Shown piece after piece: positions 9,019-18,200 of a stretch of DNA of 43,175 bases. Numbering within the stretch: position 1 is the stretch's first letter; each line of letters begins with the position of its first letter. The stretch is taken from contig DATJGC010000068.1 in NCBI GenBank assembly GCA_035495345.1, forward strand, positions 1 to 43,175, given 5' to 3'. The translations under genes and the position numbers were made by a program. Below the pieces are notes generated by a model, which was not told the origin of the DNA, ran no database searches, and saw only the letters and a program-made list of their open reading frames with translations. Source of the stretch: Chitinophagaceae bacterium. Its GTDB lineage: Bacteria > Bacteroidota > Bacteroidia > Chitinophagales > Chitinophagaceae.

Positions 9019-9569
9019 AGAATGCGTTTTTTTGCAGTTTCAGAAAAAGGGTCAACAATGGGTAAACTGCCGGTTGAAGGCGCCAAATTACTTAAAATAA
9101 TAAAATATCTAAGTGCAGGGCGTCTCTGCTGCGCAGTTTCAAAAATCATTGTATTTAATAATAATGGTAGCACTGTCTTCGTGCATTGCTGCACCGGTAA
9201 TAGCGGAAGGTATTTCAACAGGATGGGTTTTCTTGCATGAACGGTATTAAATGATTGGTAAGCGTAAAATTTGCCATGGACCTTCTAAAAAATTACCAGA
9301 CTTTTGAATTTTTCTAGCGGATGTTCATATTGGAGCTATACGAAGAGTTACTAAGGTGCCATAAGTAGTAAGTCCCGGGTACTTTCCATGCGGATAGTGA
9401 AAGATATACGATGAACGCGTCACAAAAGTAATATTATTTTTCAATTATGGAAGTAAACAAACATTCGTTTGGCGCAATTTTGTTCCATAACGCAATGATA
9501 AAATAGGAGATCCGTACTATTATATACGTAATTCCGTTTATTCGCTGAAAATTGTAAAAGTCTGACCGC

Positions 9570-10754
9570 ATGCTGATAAAAATACTTTTCTGGATTTTCC
9601 TGTTCACCGTATTTTATACCTACCTGGGGTATGGCATGCTGATATGGATGCTTAACCGTGTTCAGCGCTTATTGGGTAAAAAGTTGGGGGAAGGGGAGGG
9701 TACCGCCTTTGAACCGCTGGTGGCACTTATTATTGCAGCGTATAATGAGGAGGATTATATCGAAGATAAAATTCAGAATACCCTGGCGCTCGACTATCCT
9801 GCGGAGAAACTAAAGGTCTATTTTGTAACAGACGGGTCTAGTGATAATACCCCGCTGATGGTGCAAAAGTACCCGCGGTTTACACTTTTGCACCTGCCCC
9901 AGCGCAATGGCAAGGCGGCGGCCATGAACCGGGCCATGCAGTTTGTGCAGGAGCCCTACGTTATTTTTTGCGATGCCAATACCGTACTCAACCCTGCCTG
10001 CGTGCGTGAAATGGTAAAGTTTTATGCCAACCCGCAAGTAGGGGCTGTAGCAGGTGAAAAGAAGATATACCAGCCCGCCGCCACCAAGGCCGCTTCTGCC
10101 GGGGAAGGACTCTATTGGAAGTATGAATCTTTTTTGAAGAAACAGGATTCTGACTTTTATACCGTGGTGGGTGCAGCCGGTGAACTGTTTTCTGTACGCA
10201 GCTCCCTGTACCAGCCCATAGAAGAAGGAGTACTTATAGAAGACTTTGTATTGTCACTGCGCATCGCCAAAAACGGCCATGTTGTGAAGTACTCACCCGG
10301 AGCGTACGCTACAGAATCCAGTTCGGCCTCTATAAAAGACGAGCAAAAGAGAAAGATCCGCATAAGTGCCGGTGGTTTCCAGGCCATCTTTATGCTGCGC
10401 GAATTACTGAATATTTTCAGGTATGGCAGGCTTTCTTTCCAATACATTTCTCACCGCGTGCTGCGCTGGGCGGTAACTCCTCTTTGCCTGTTGCTGTTAT
10501 TGCCGCTCAACCTGATATTGGTCATACAAAGAGCTGGGCCTGTGTATGATATTCTGTTGGTAATGCAACTATTTTTCTATTTAGCTGGTCTGTTAGGATG
10601 GTTCTATGCCAATAAAAATATTAAGGTGAGATCCTTGTATGTGCCTTATTATTTTCTGTTCATGAACATCTCAGTCTTTTGGGGTTTTAAGCGCTTTTTG
10701 AAGGGGCAGCAATCGGTACTTTGGGAGAAGGCGGCTAGGGAAAAAGCCCTTTAA
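9570..10754 (+). CDS. Membrane-embedded GT2 glycosyltransferase (synthase-like architecture)
   Basis: 394 aa. It has an N-terminal TM helix, a GT-A core (LIIAAYNEE, VTDGSSDNT, FCDANT) and a block of 3-4 C-terminal TM helices. Confidence 0.8.
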   Translation: MLIKILFWIFLFTVFYTYLGYGMLIWMLNRVQRLLGKKLGEGEGTAFEPLVALIIAAYNEEDYIEDKIQNTLALDYPAEKLKVYFVTDGSSDNTPLMVQKYPRFTLLHLPQRNGKAAAMNRAMQFVQEPYVIFCDANTVLNPACVREMVKFYANPQVGAVAGEKKIYQPAATKAASAGEGLYWKYESFLKKQDSDFYTVVGAAGELFSVRSSLYQPIEEGVLIEDFVLSLRIAKNGHVVKYSPGAYATESSSASIKDEQKRKIRISAGGFQAIFMLRELLNIFRYGRLSFQYISHRVLRWAVTPLCLLLLLPLNLILVIQRAGPVYDILLVMQLFFYLAGLLGWFYANKNIKVRSLYVPYYFLFMNISVFWGFKRFLKGQQSVLWEKAAREKAL

Positions 10755-11105
10755 ATCATGAATGTTGAAAATTACCACATACAGGGTATTGCTTAGTGTT
10801 TAGTTTCAGTCTAGTTTTACACAGTCAATAAAATTTTAATGAGTGGCAGTTTGATTTGTTGATTTTTGTTGTTATTTTTACCCGGAAGTTAAGCCATAGC
10901 TAACTAGAATTCACTTAACTCCCGTATATACTTCTATATCCTTCGAAGGTCCACCAGCCTGTTACGTTTCTAAGGTTAATCCAACCACCTTTATAAGCCT
11001 GCAGATTTTTTTAATCCGTTTTCCATTACCCTATCATTGCCGTACCCGCATCCAATTGCAGCCTACTGAAAAATTGAGTTTCTTAAAACTTAATTATTCA
11101 AAAGA

Positions 11106-11510
11106 ATGAAAAGAAAGATTTTAGCAATTGACGAAAGCAAAGCTATCAGGTTTTTACTGCAGACAGTGCTAGGCCAAAAGCACCAGGTGATCACTGCAGC
11201 TGATGGATGCTCTGCACTTTACTGGCTTTCAAAGAGAAACTTGCCGGACGTAATCATTATAGACCCCCAATTACCTGACATGCAGAATTGGGAACTGCTG
11301 GAGCATTTAAAGTCCAGCGGGTTGTATGGTCATATTCCTATCATTGTGCTTTCTTCACTGGATGCTAAAGAGACACAACAAAGATGTAAAGAGCTGGGCA
11401 TTACAAGGTCATTTCAACAGCCTTTCAACCCGGTTGAACTGGAAGGCGCTATAGAAGAATTGCTGAAATATGAAAATAATAACGCTGGTACTGTCTTAAG
11501 GGCCGTATAA
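11106..11510 (+). CDS. Stand-alone response-regulator receiver domain protein (atypical)
   Basis: 134 aa with a CheY-like pattern: KILAIDES, a phospho-acceptor-like Asp in DVIIIDPQLPDM, and IIVLSS. The conserved Lys of the KPF motif reads QQPF. Confidence 0.8.
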   Translation: MKRKILAIDESKAIRFLLQTVLGQKHQVITAADGCSALYWLSKRNLPDVIIIDPQLPDMQNWELLEHLKSSGLYGHIPIIVLSSLDAKETQQRCKELGITRSFQQPFNPVELEGAIEELLKYENNNAGTVLRAV

Positions 11511-11562
11511 GTAACCCGAACCCCGAAAACAAATAATCCCTTAAATCAAAAATCTTACCTGA

Positions 11563-12723
11563 ATGGAACTTTTTTATTCACCAAAAGCCGGCGCTTCTGA
11601 GAAAAAGTATAGACACTATACTGTTAACTCTTTCACCGAGAAGGAACTTATCACAGAGAAGAAAAGAGAATTCTTCTATATTGGTAAGGATTCTTTTATC
11701 ATAGACAGCCTGGTTCAATCATTTGAAAGCGGCTATGCTGCCGAAAATGTAGACAATGCTATTTCCATTCTTAGCAAAGTCATCGAAAAAAGAAATATTT
11801 ACCCAGACGTAATACTGGCAGATGCTGCCATTGGCGCCCCCGCGCTCCAAAGTTTTTACAAGTTTATCGCCGGCAACCGCAGGCTGGCTGCTGTTCCCTT
11901 TCTGGTAGAATCTACAGATGCTGCCCCCAGAGAGCTGGTGGAACTGCGCAAACTGTCTTTTGTGGATGAAATCATTTCCATGCACCGGCAGTCAGATAAA
12001 CTGCTTTCCAAGATTTATTTTATCAAGAAAATCAAAGACGCCAGCAATATCAAATCGCTGCAGCAGAATATCGGGCAGTCGCCAGACCTCAGCACTGTAA
12101 ACAATGATATTTTTAAAAGGATTTTTGATATTGTGGTAGCGGCTATCATACTGCTGGCCCTGCTACCTGTCTTTGGACTGATTGCCCTGGCCATCCGCCT
12201 GGAATCTAAAGGACCGGTTTTTTACATTTCAAAAAGAGCCGGCCGCGGTTACCGCGTGTTCAACTTCTTTAAATTCCGCACCATGGAAGCCGGTGCAGAT
12301 AAGAAAGTAAACCAGCTTTCTCACCTCAACCAATACAATGCCGCTGCTGGCAACGGACCGGTATTTTTTAAAGTGAATAATGACCCCCGTATCACCAAAG
12401 TAGGGGCATTCCTGAGAAATACCAGCCTGGACGAGCTGCCACAATTTATTAATGTGCTGCTGGGCGATATGTCGCTGGTAGGCAACCGCCCCCTGCCCCT
12501 GTACGAGGCTGAAACCCTTACAACAGACGATTGGGCTGCCCGCTTTATGGCCCCTGCAGGCATCACCGGCCTCTGGCAAATCAAAAAACGCGGACAGGAT
12601 GATATGTCTGTGGAAGAAAGAATTGGCCTGGACATCGCTTATGCCAACCGCAACAACTTTATGTACGACCTGTGGATCATGGCCAATACGCCTACCGCAC
12701 TGATACAGAAGTCGAGCGTATAA
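11563..12723 (+). CDS. Priming polyprenyl-phosphate sugar-phosphate transferase (bacterial sugar transferase, WbaP/EpsL-like) with an N-terminal receiver-like domain
   Basis: The C-terminal half has [23 protein letters not shown] and a single TM helix ([25 protein letters not shown]), typical of small phosphoglycosyl transferases. The N-terminal ~170 aa have a receiver-like beta-alpha pattern (FFYIGKDS ... [11 protein letters not shown] ... VPFLVEST). Confidence 0.85.
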   Translation: MELFYSPKAGASEKKYRHYTVNSFTEKELITEKKREFFYIGKDSFIIDSLVQSFESGYAAENVDNAISILSKVIEKRNIYPDVILADAAIGAPALQSFYKFIAGNRRLAAVPFLVESTDAAPRELVELRKLSFVDEIISMHRQSDKLLSKIYFIKKIKDASNIKSLQQNIGQSPDLSTVNNDIFKRIFDIVVAAIILLALLPVFGLIALAIRLESKGPVFYISKRAGRGYRVFNFFKFRTMEAGADKKVNQLSHLNQYNAAAGNGPVFFKVNNDPRITKVGAFLRNTSLDELPQFINVLLGDMSLVGNRPLPLYEAETLTTDDWAARFMAPAGITGLWQIKKRGQDDMSVEERIGLDIAYANRNNFMYDLWIMANTPTALIQKSSV

Positions 12724-12771
12724 GCCGTTCTGCCTCCTTCTTCTTAATATTGCCGCAAAAAGAATCTTACC

Positions 12772-13680
12772 ATGTTGCCGGGTGCAGAACCGTTTGTATC
12801 TATCATCACCTTAAATTATAACCAGGCTGCCGTTACCTGTGAGTTTCTTGCCTCCTGCAGCCAGTTGCAATACAGCAATTATGAGATACTGGTCTGTGAT
12901 ATGGCTTCAGACACAGACCCCACGCCGCTCATAACCGCTGGCAATTACCCCAAAACAAGACTTTTACTCAGCAAAAAGAACCTGGGCTTTGCGGGGGGTA
13001 ATAACTGGGGCATGCGGCAGGCAAAAGGTGATTTTATCTTCATCGTAAACAATGATACGGAAGTAACGCCCGGGCTCATCCAGCGCCTGCTGGCACCTTT
13101 TTACAAGGATGCTTCTATTGGCGTAACCAGCCCCAAGATCAAATTCTTTTTTCAGCCCGGAATCATCCAGTATGCCGGCTTTAACCGCATGAACCACTTT
13201 ACCGGTCGCACTTCCACCGTAGGTGAAATGCAGCAGGATGCGGGGCAGTTTGATACCCCCGGTGAAACATTTGGCGCCCACGGCTGCGCCATGATGGTAA
13301 AACGTGAGGTCATTGAAAAAGTAGGCATGTTTCCGGAAAGGTTTTTTCTTTATTACGAAGAATGGGATTGGTCTGCACGCATACGCCGCGCGGGGTATAA
13401 AATATGGTATACAGCTGACGCCACCATCTATCATAAAGAATCCATGTCTGTAGGCAAGAAGAACCCCATGAAAGTGTTCTATCATACCAGGAACCGCATA
13501 CTGTATATGCGCCGAAACAGCACCTGGTACCAGCAGATTGTGTTTTTCCTGTTTTTTATATTTTTTGTTATCCCGCGTTATGTCATTGACTATTTTCGCA
13601 AGGGCGAATTTGAGCAATTGAAAAACTTTTTCAAAGGCTTTGCCTGGAACCTGTATTCTTCCAAATATTCAAAAGTATAA
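12772..13680 (+). CDS. GT2 glycosyltransferase
   Basis: 302 aa. It has VSIITLNYNQ and a DxD-like IVNNDTEV. The one C-terminal hydrophobic segment is typical of rhamnosyl/galactosyl-type GT2 enzymes. Confidence 0.8.
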   Translation: MLPGAEPFVSIITLNYNQAAVTCEFLASCSQLQYSNYEILVCDMASDTDPTPLITAGNYPKTRLLLSKKNLGFAGGNNWGMRQAKGDFIFIVNNDTEVTPGLIQRLLAPFYKDASIGVTSPKIKFFFQPGIIQYAGFNRMNHFTGRTSTVGEMQQDAGQFDTPGETFGAHGCAMMVKREVIEKVGMFPERFFLYYEEWDWSARIRRAGYKIWYTADATIYHKESMSVGKKNPMKVFYHTRNRILYMRRNSTWYQQIVFFLFFIFFVIPRYVIDYFRKGEFEQLKNFFKGFAWNLYSSKYSKV

Positions 13681-13721
13681 CGGGTAAGGATAGTGTAAAC
13701 TGCCCGTCCTGTTGCTGATAC

Positions 13722-14906
13722 ATGATCATTCTTCACATCATATTCTTTGTCATTTTTTTATACCTGGCGGTAAGCATTGCTTACTTCCTGGTGATTGCCA
13801 TTGCAGGCAGGTTTGGAAAATTGCCGCTGTACACGGCGCATGCGCACAAGAAAAATATTTGCGTTATCATTCCCTCGTATAAAGAAGACGCCATTATTGT
13901 AGATACGGCAAGAAAGGCGGCAGCGCATGATTACCCCGCCGCGCATTTTACTGTAATGGTAGTGGCAGACAGCCTTCAGCAGGAAACCATTGCGCAATTG
14001 CGCGCTATTCCTGTAACTGTGGTAGAGGCCAACGTGAGTATGAAATCACGTTCACTCAATGCTGCATTTCAAATACCGCCCGCTGGTGCTTTTGATATTG
14101 CGGTGATACTGGATGCTGATAATGTAATGGCGCCGGGTTGCCTGGAGAAAATCAATGACGCTTTTCACCAGGGTTGCCGCGCAGTGCAATGCCATAGAAC
14201 GGCCAAAAACCAGCATACTTCTGTAGCGGTGCTGGATGCCATCAGCGAAGAAATCAATATCAACCTGTTTCGCAGGGGGCCGGCGGTACTGGGTATTTCT
14301 GCAGCACCCATTGGCTCAGGGATGGCCTTTGATTTTGAACTTATCAAAGAAATTTTCAGCCTGCCGCATATTCTCAGTAACCCCGGCGAGGACCGTGAGA
14401 TTGATATGCAATTGATGAAGCGCGGTATTTTTATGCATTTCATCAATGACGCGTATGTATATGATGAAAAGGTTTCCAGCTCTGCCGTGTTTGAAAAACA
14501 AAGGGTTCGCTGGCTGGAAGCACAGATCAATCATGTAAAAAGATTTGCTGATGCCGATATGAAGGGTACGCCGTTGGGTATCACCGGGGCAGCAAAACTT
14601 TTCCAGAACCTGCTGCTGCCAAGGCTGCTGATGATAATGGTACTGGGTCTTTTTGCAGTGCTGCTGGTCTTGCAACAGCTTTTTTCGTTTAGTATTTTGC
14701 AGCCCGCACCCATTTACTGGTGGCTGATGATGGCCGCTTACGCCCTGGTGCTGTTCTTATCAGTGCCTGCGATGTTCTATAATAGTAAGACCCTCAGGGC
14801 CGTGGCACAAGTGCCCGTGCTGATGTTCTCCATGGTAAAAGCCCTGCTTAAAATAAAAGCCGGCAGAAAAGAATTCCTCCACACACCGAAAGTCTTCAAA
14901 TCGTAA
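13722..14906 (+). CDS. Membrane-embedded GT2 glycosyltransferase with the processive-synthase motif set
   Basis: 394 aa. It has an N-terminal TM helix, VIIPSYKED, ILDADNV, GEDREID, and the QRVRW (Q-R/Q-x-R-W) motif. C-terminal TM helices follow. Confidence 0.8.
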   Translation: MIILHIIFFVIFLYLAVSIAYFLVIAIAGRFGKLPLYTAHAHKKNICVIIPSYKEDAIIVDTARKAAAHDYPAAHFTVMVVADSLQQETIAQLRAIPVTVVEANVSMKSRSLNAAFQIPPAGAFDIAVILDADNVMAPGCLEKINDAFHQGCRAVQCHRTAKNQHTSVAVLDAISEEININLFRRGPAVLGISAAPIGSGMAFDFELIKEIFSLPHILSNPGEDREIDMQLMKRGIFMHFINDAYVYDEKVSSSAVFEKQRVRWLEAQINHVKRFADADMKGTPLGITGAAKLFQNLLLPRLLMIMVLGLFAVLLVLQQLFSFSILQPAPIYWWLMMAAYALVLFLSVPAMFYNSKTLRAVAQVPVLMFSMVKALLKIKAGRKEFLHTPKVFKS

Positions 14907-15261
14907 GATTTTTTTCACATGGTTATACACATTGAAGCAAATAACGTTTTTTGGCCTTTATTTTGCTCACGTCAGACCTCCCTATAAAAGCCTTAGACAA
15001 CGCAAATTGCCCCTGTAAAATCACTAAAAGTTGCTGCTTTTAGCATCCCTGTAACAAACAGTACCAAGAATTTCTATTGCTGCGCATTTCATTGCCTTTG
15101 CTGGTGATGCTATATGCAACATATTTTGTTTAATGCTATCTGATTATCAATGGTGAAACAACTTTATTTTAACAGGATCTTAATTTTGGTGTGGAATTTG
15201 CTGAGTGAAATCCAGAATTTTTCTGTTAATCCAATTTATCCTAACCCGAAAACCCAGTCTT

Positions 15262-18200
15262 ATGAAGGTTAAACTCTACTTCTTGCGGAGCCGATCTTTC
15301 TTATTGATTACTCTTTTCGCAATTCAATCCATCGTTTCATTTTCCCAGCAGGTGGCCAAATCGATTCCCTATCCTGCATCGCCGGATGGACTTATCGGTT
15401 TTCTACAGTTTACACCGCCTGATTACGGTTCTCAAAGACATCCACTGATTATTTTTCTTCATGGTATTGGAGAACGCGGCAATGGTACTTCACAACTCAA
15501 TATTGTTGCTAATAACGGTATTCCGCTTTATTGCCGTATGGGCGCCAGCATGCGTTTTACGGTTGGCGGTCAGACTTCGTCGTTCGTTGTACTTTCACCC
15601 CAGCTCAGCACGCAATATGGATACTGGCCAACCTTTTACGTAAAGGAAATGATTAACTACGCAAAGGCCAACCTCCAGATAGACCCCAACAGAATTTATA
15701 TTACCGGTCTTAGCCTTGGTGGTGGCGGCATCTGGCGCGTTATTACAGATACCTACAACTTCGATCATACATTTGATGCCAGCGTTGCAGCAGCCGCACC
15801 TGTTTGCGGAACACAGGAAGAAAATGATGCTGATTATTGCAGTACCATAGGTGCCAACAACCTGCCCATCTGGGCCTTTCACAGTATGGATGATGGTACT
15901 GTTGGCGTGGGCGCTACGCAGCACGCTGAAATTCTGTCTAATAATTGTCCTACAACCCCGCGCGCAAAATTTACTTATTACCAAAGCGGTGGCCACGGCG
16001 GCGCCTGGGTAAATGCCTATGACACCGGCCATATAACAAGAACCGTGGTAGTAAACGGGGTTGCCCAAAGTTTTACTGCTACACCTAACTTATATGAGTG
16101 GTTCCTGGGTTTTTCTCGTAATGCCGCCCCGGTTAATACACCGCCCACTGCCAACGCAGGGGCTGCGCAGATCATTACCCTGCCTACCAATACAGTAACG
16201 CTGAATGGAAGCGGCGCAGGTACCAATGGCGCCAGCATTGTATCTTATTCCTGGGCCAAAACCAGTGGTCCGGCGGGGGGCGCTATCAGCGTGCCGCTGG
16301 CCAATAGTACGCTGGTGACCGGCCTTGTGCAGGGCACCTATGTTTTCACGCTTACCGTAACAGATAATCACGGATTGTCTGCTACTTCTACTGTTTCTGT
16401 AACCGTAAACCCCCTGGTAAATCAATTACCGGTGGCCAATGCGGGCAATAATATTACGCTTACTTTACCTGCCAATAACACTACCTTAAACGGAACCGGT
16501 TCAAGGGATCCTGACGGTACCATTGCTACTTATGCATGGACCAAAACCAGCGGCCCTTCATCTTATACCATTGCTAATCCTGCTGCAGCCTCTACGGCAC
16601 TGAGCAATCTTACGCAGGGCGTTTATGTATTTACGTTACAGGTAACAGACAATGCCGGTGGAACGGCTTCTTCTACCGTAACTGTTACTGTAAATGCCCC
16701 GGCCAATCAAAAGCCTGTGGCCAATGCCGGCAGCAATATCAGTATTACCTTACCGGTAAACAACACTACTTTAAACGGTACTGCTTCCGCTGACCCGGAT
16801 GGTACCATTGCGTCTTATGCGTGGACAAAAACCAGCGGTCCGGCCAGCTACAGCATTGCCAATGCGGGTGCAGCCTCTACGGCACTCAGCAACCTTGTGC
16901 AGGGTGTTTACCAATTTAGATTGCAGGTAACAGACAACGCCGGTGCAACCGATACTGCTCTTGTAACCGTTACTGTAAATGCAGCGGCCAATCAGCCGCC
17001 TGTGGCCAATGCCGGTAGTAATATCAGCATTACCTTACCAACCAATAATATTACCCTTAATGGTACGGTCTCTGCTGACCCTGATGGCACAATCAGTACC
17101 TATGCATGGACCAAGACCAGTGGCCCCGCTACTTATACCATTGCCAATGCAGGTGCGGCCTCTACGGCAGTTACCGGGCTTGTACAGGGCGTTTATATAT
17201 TTACGTTACAGGTAACAGACAATGCAGGCGCCTCGTCTTCTTCTTTTGTTACTGTAACGGTTAATGCCGCCCCGGCACCCGCCAACCAATCGCCCATTGC
17301 CAGTGCAGGCAGCAATGTAAATATTACGCTGCCGCTGAACAGCGCCACCCTGAACGGCAGTGCTTCTTTTGACCCGGATGGATCCATTGCTTCCTATGCA
17401 TGGAGCAAGACCAGCGGCCCTTCGTCTTATTCTTTTGCAAACGCAACTGCCTATACTACCACAGTAAATAACCTTGTGGCCGGCGTTTATGTATTTACGT
17501 TACAGGTAACAGACAATGCGGGGGCTACTTCTTCTGCTACCGTTACTGTAACAGTGAACAATCTGCCTGCGCCTCCCAATCAATCGCCCATTGCAGACGC
17601 TGGCAGCAATAGTACTATCACCTTACCGGTAAACAGCGCAACAGTAAACGCAAGTGCTTCTTTTGACCCCGATGGATCTATTGCCAGCTATGCATGGAGT
17701 AAGACCAGCGGACCTGCACAATATGCTATTACTGATGCAAGCGCTTATACCACCACCGTTACCAATCTTGTACAGGGTGTATATGTGTTTACGGTAACCA
17801 TTACAGATAATTCCGGTGCTACCGCTACCGCTAACGTGAATGTAACCGTTAATGCACCAGCGCCGCCACCACCCGTGCCCAACCAGGTGCCGGTAGCACG
17901 TGCAGGCGCAGCTATTTCCATTACACTGCCAACAGACAATGCAGTACTTGATGGTACAGCTTCTTCAGATGCAGATGGAAATATTGTAAGCTATGCCTGG
18001 ACAAAAACCAGCGGTCCTGCCGGACATGCATTTGCGAATGCAGCAGCGGCCAGCACCAATGTTAGCAACCTGGTAGCCGGTACCTATGTTTTCACCTTAC
18101 AGGTAACCGATAATGCCGGTGCAACCGCCAGCGCAGATGTAACCGTTGCAGTAAACCCGGCCGCCGTTGCAACACCACCGGTAACAACCCCGCCGCCGCC

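Noticed and set aside
9009-9240. Two overlapping 69-72-aa ORFs in the 550-bp divergent region between the Wzc-like gene and the GT2 gene.
   Set aside because: They have no motifs, overlap each other on opposite strands and sit in an A/T-rich promoter-like region. I also looked here for invertible-promoter-style inverted repeats and found only trivial 5-7-nt matches, and no recombinase gene.
15205-15261. The upstream starts given by the ORF track for P1 (GTG 15205). Similar cases are P2 (19495), PorP/SprF (39472), UbiA (TTG 30067) and the GT-C-like gene (TTG 30092).
   Set aside because: In each case an internal ATG is followed directly by a canonical signal peptide or first TM helix. The extra N-terminal residues look non-native. 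The start choices remain uncertain without experimental data.
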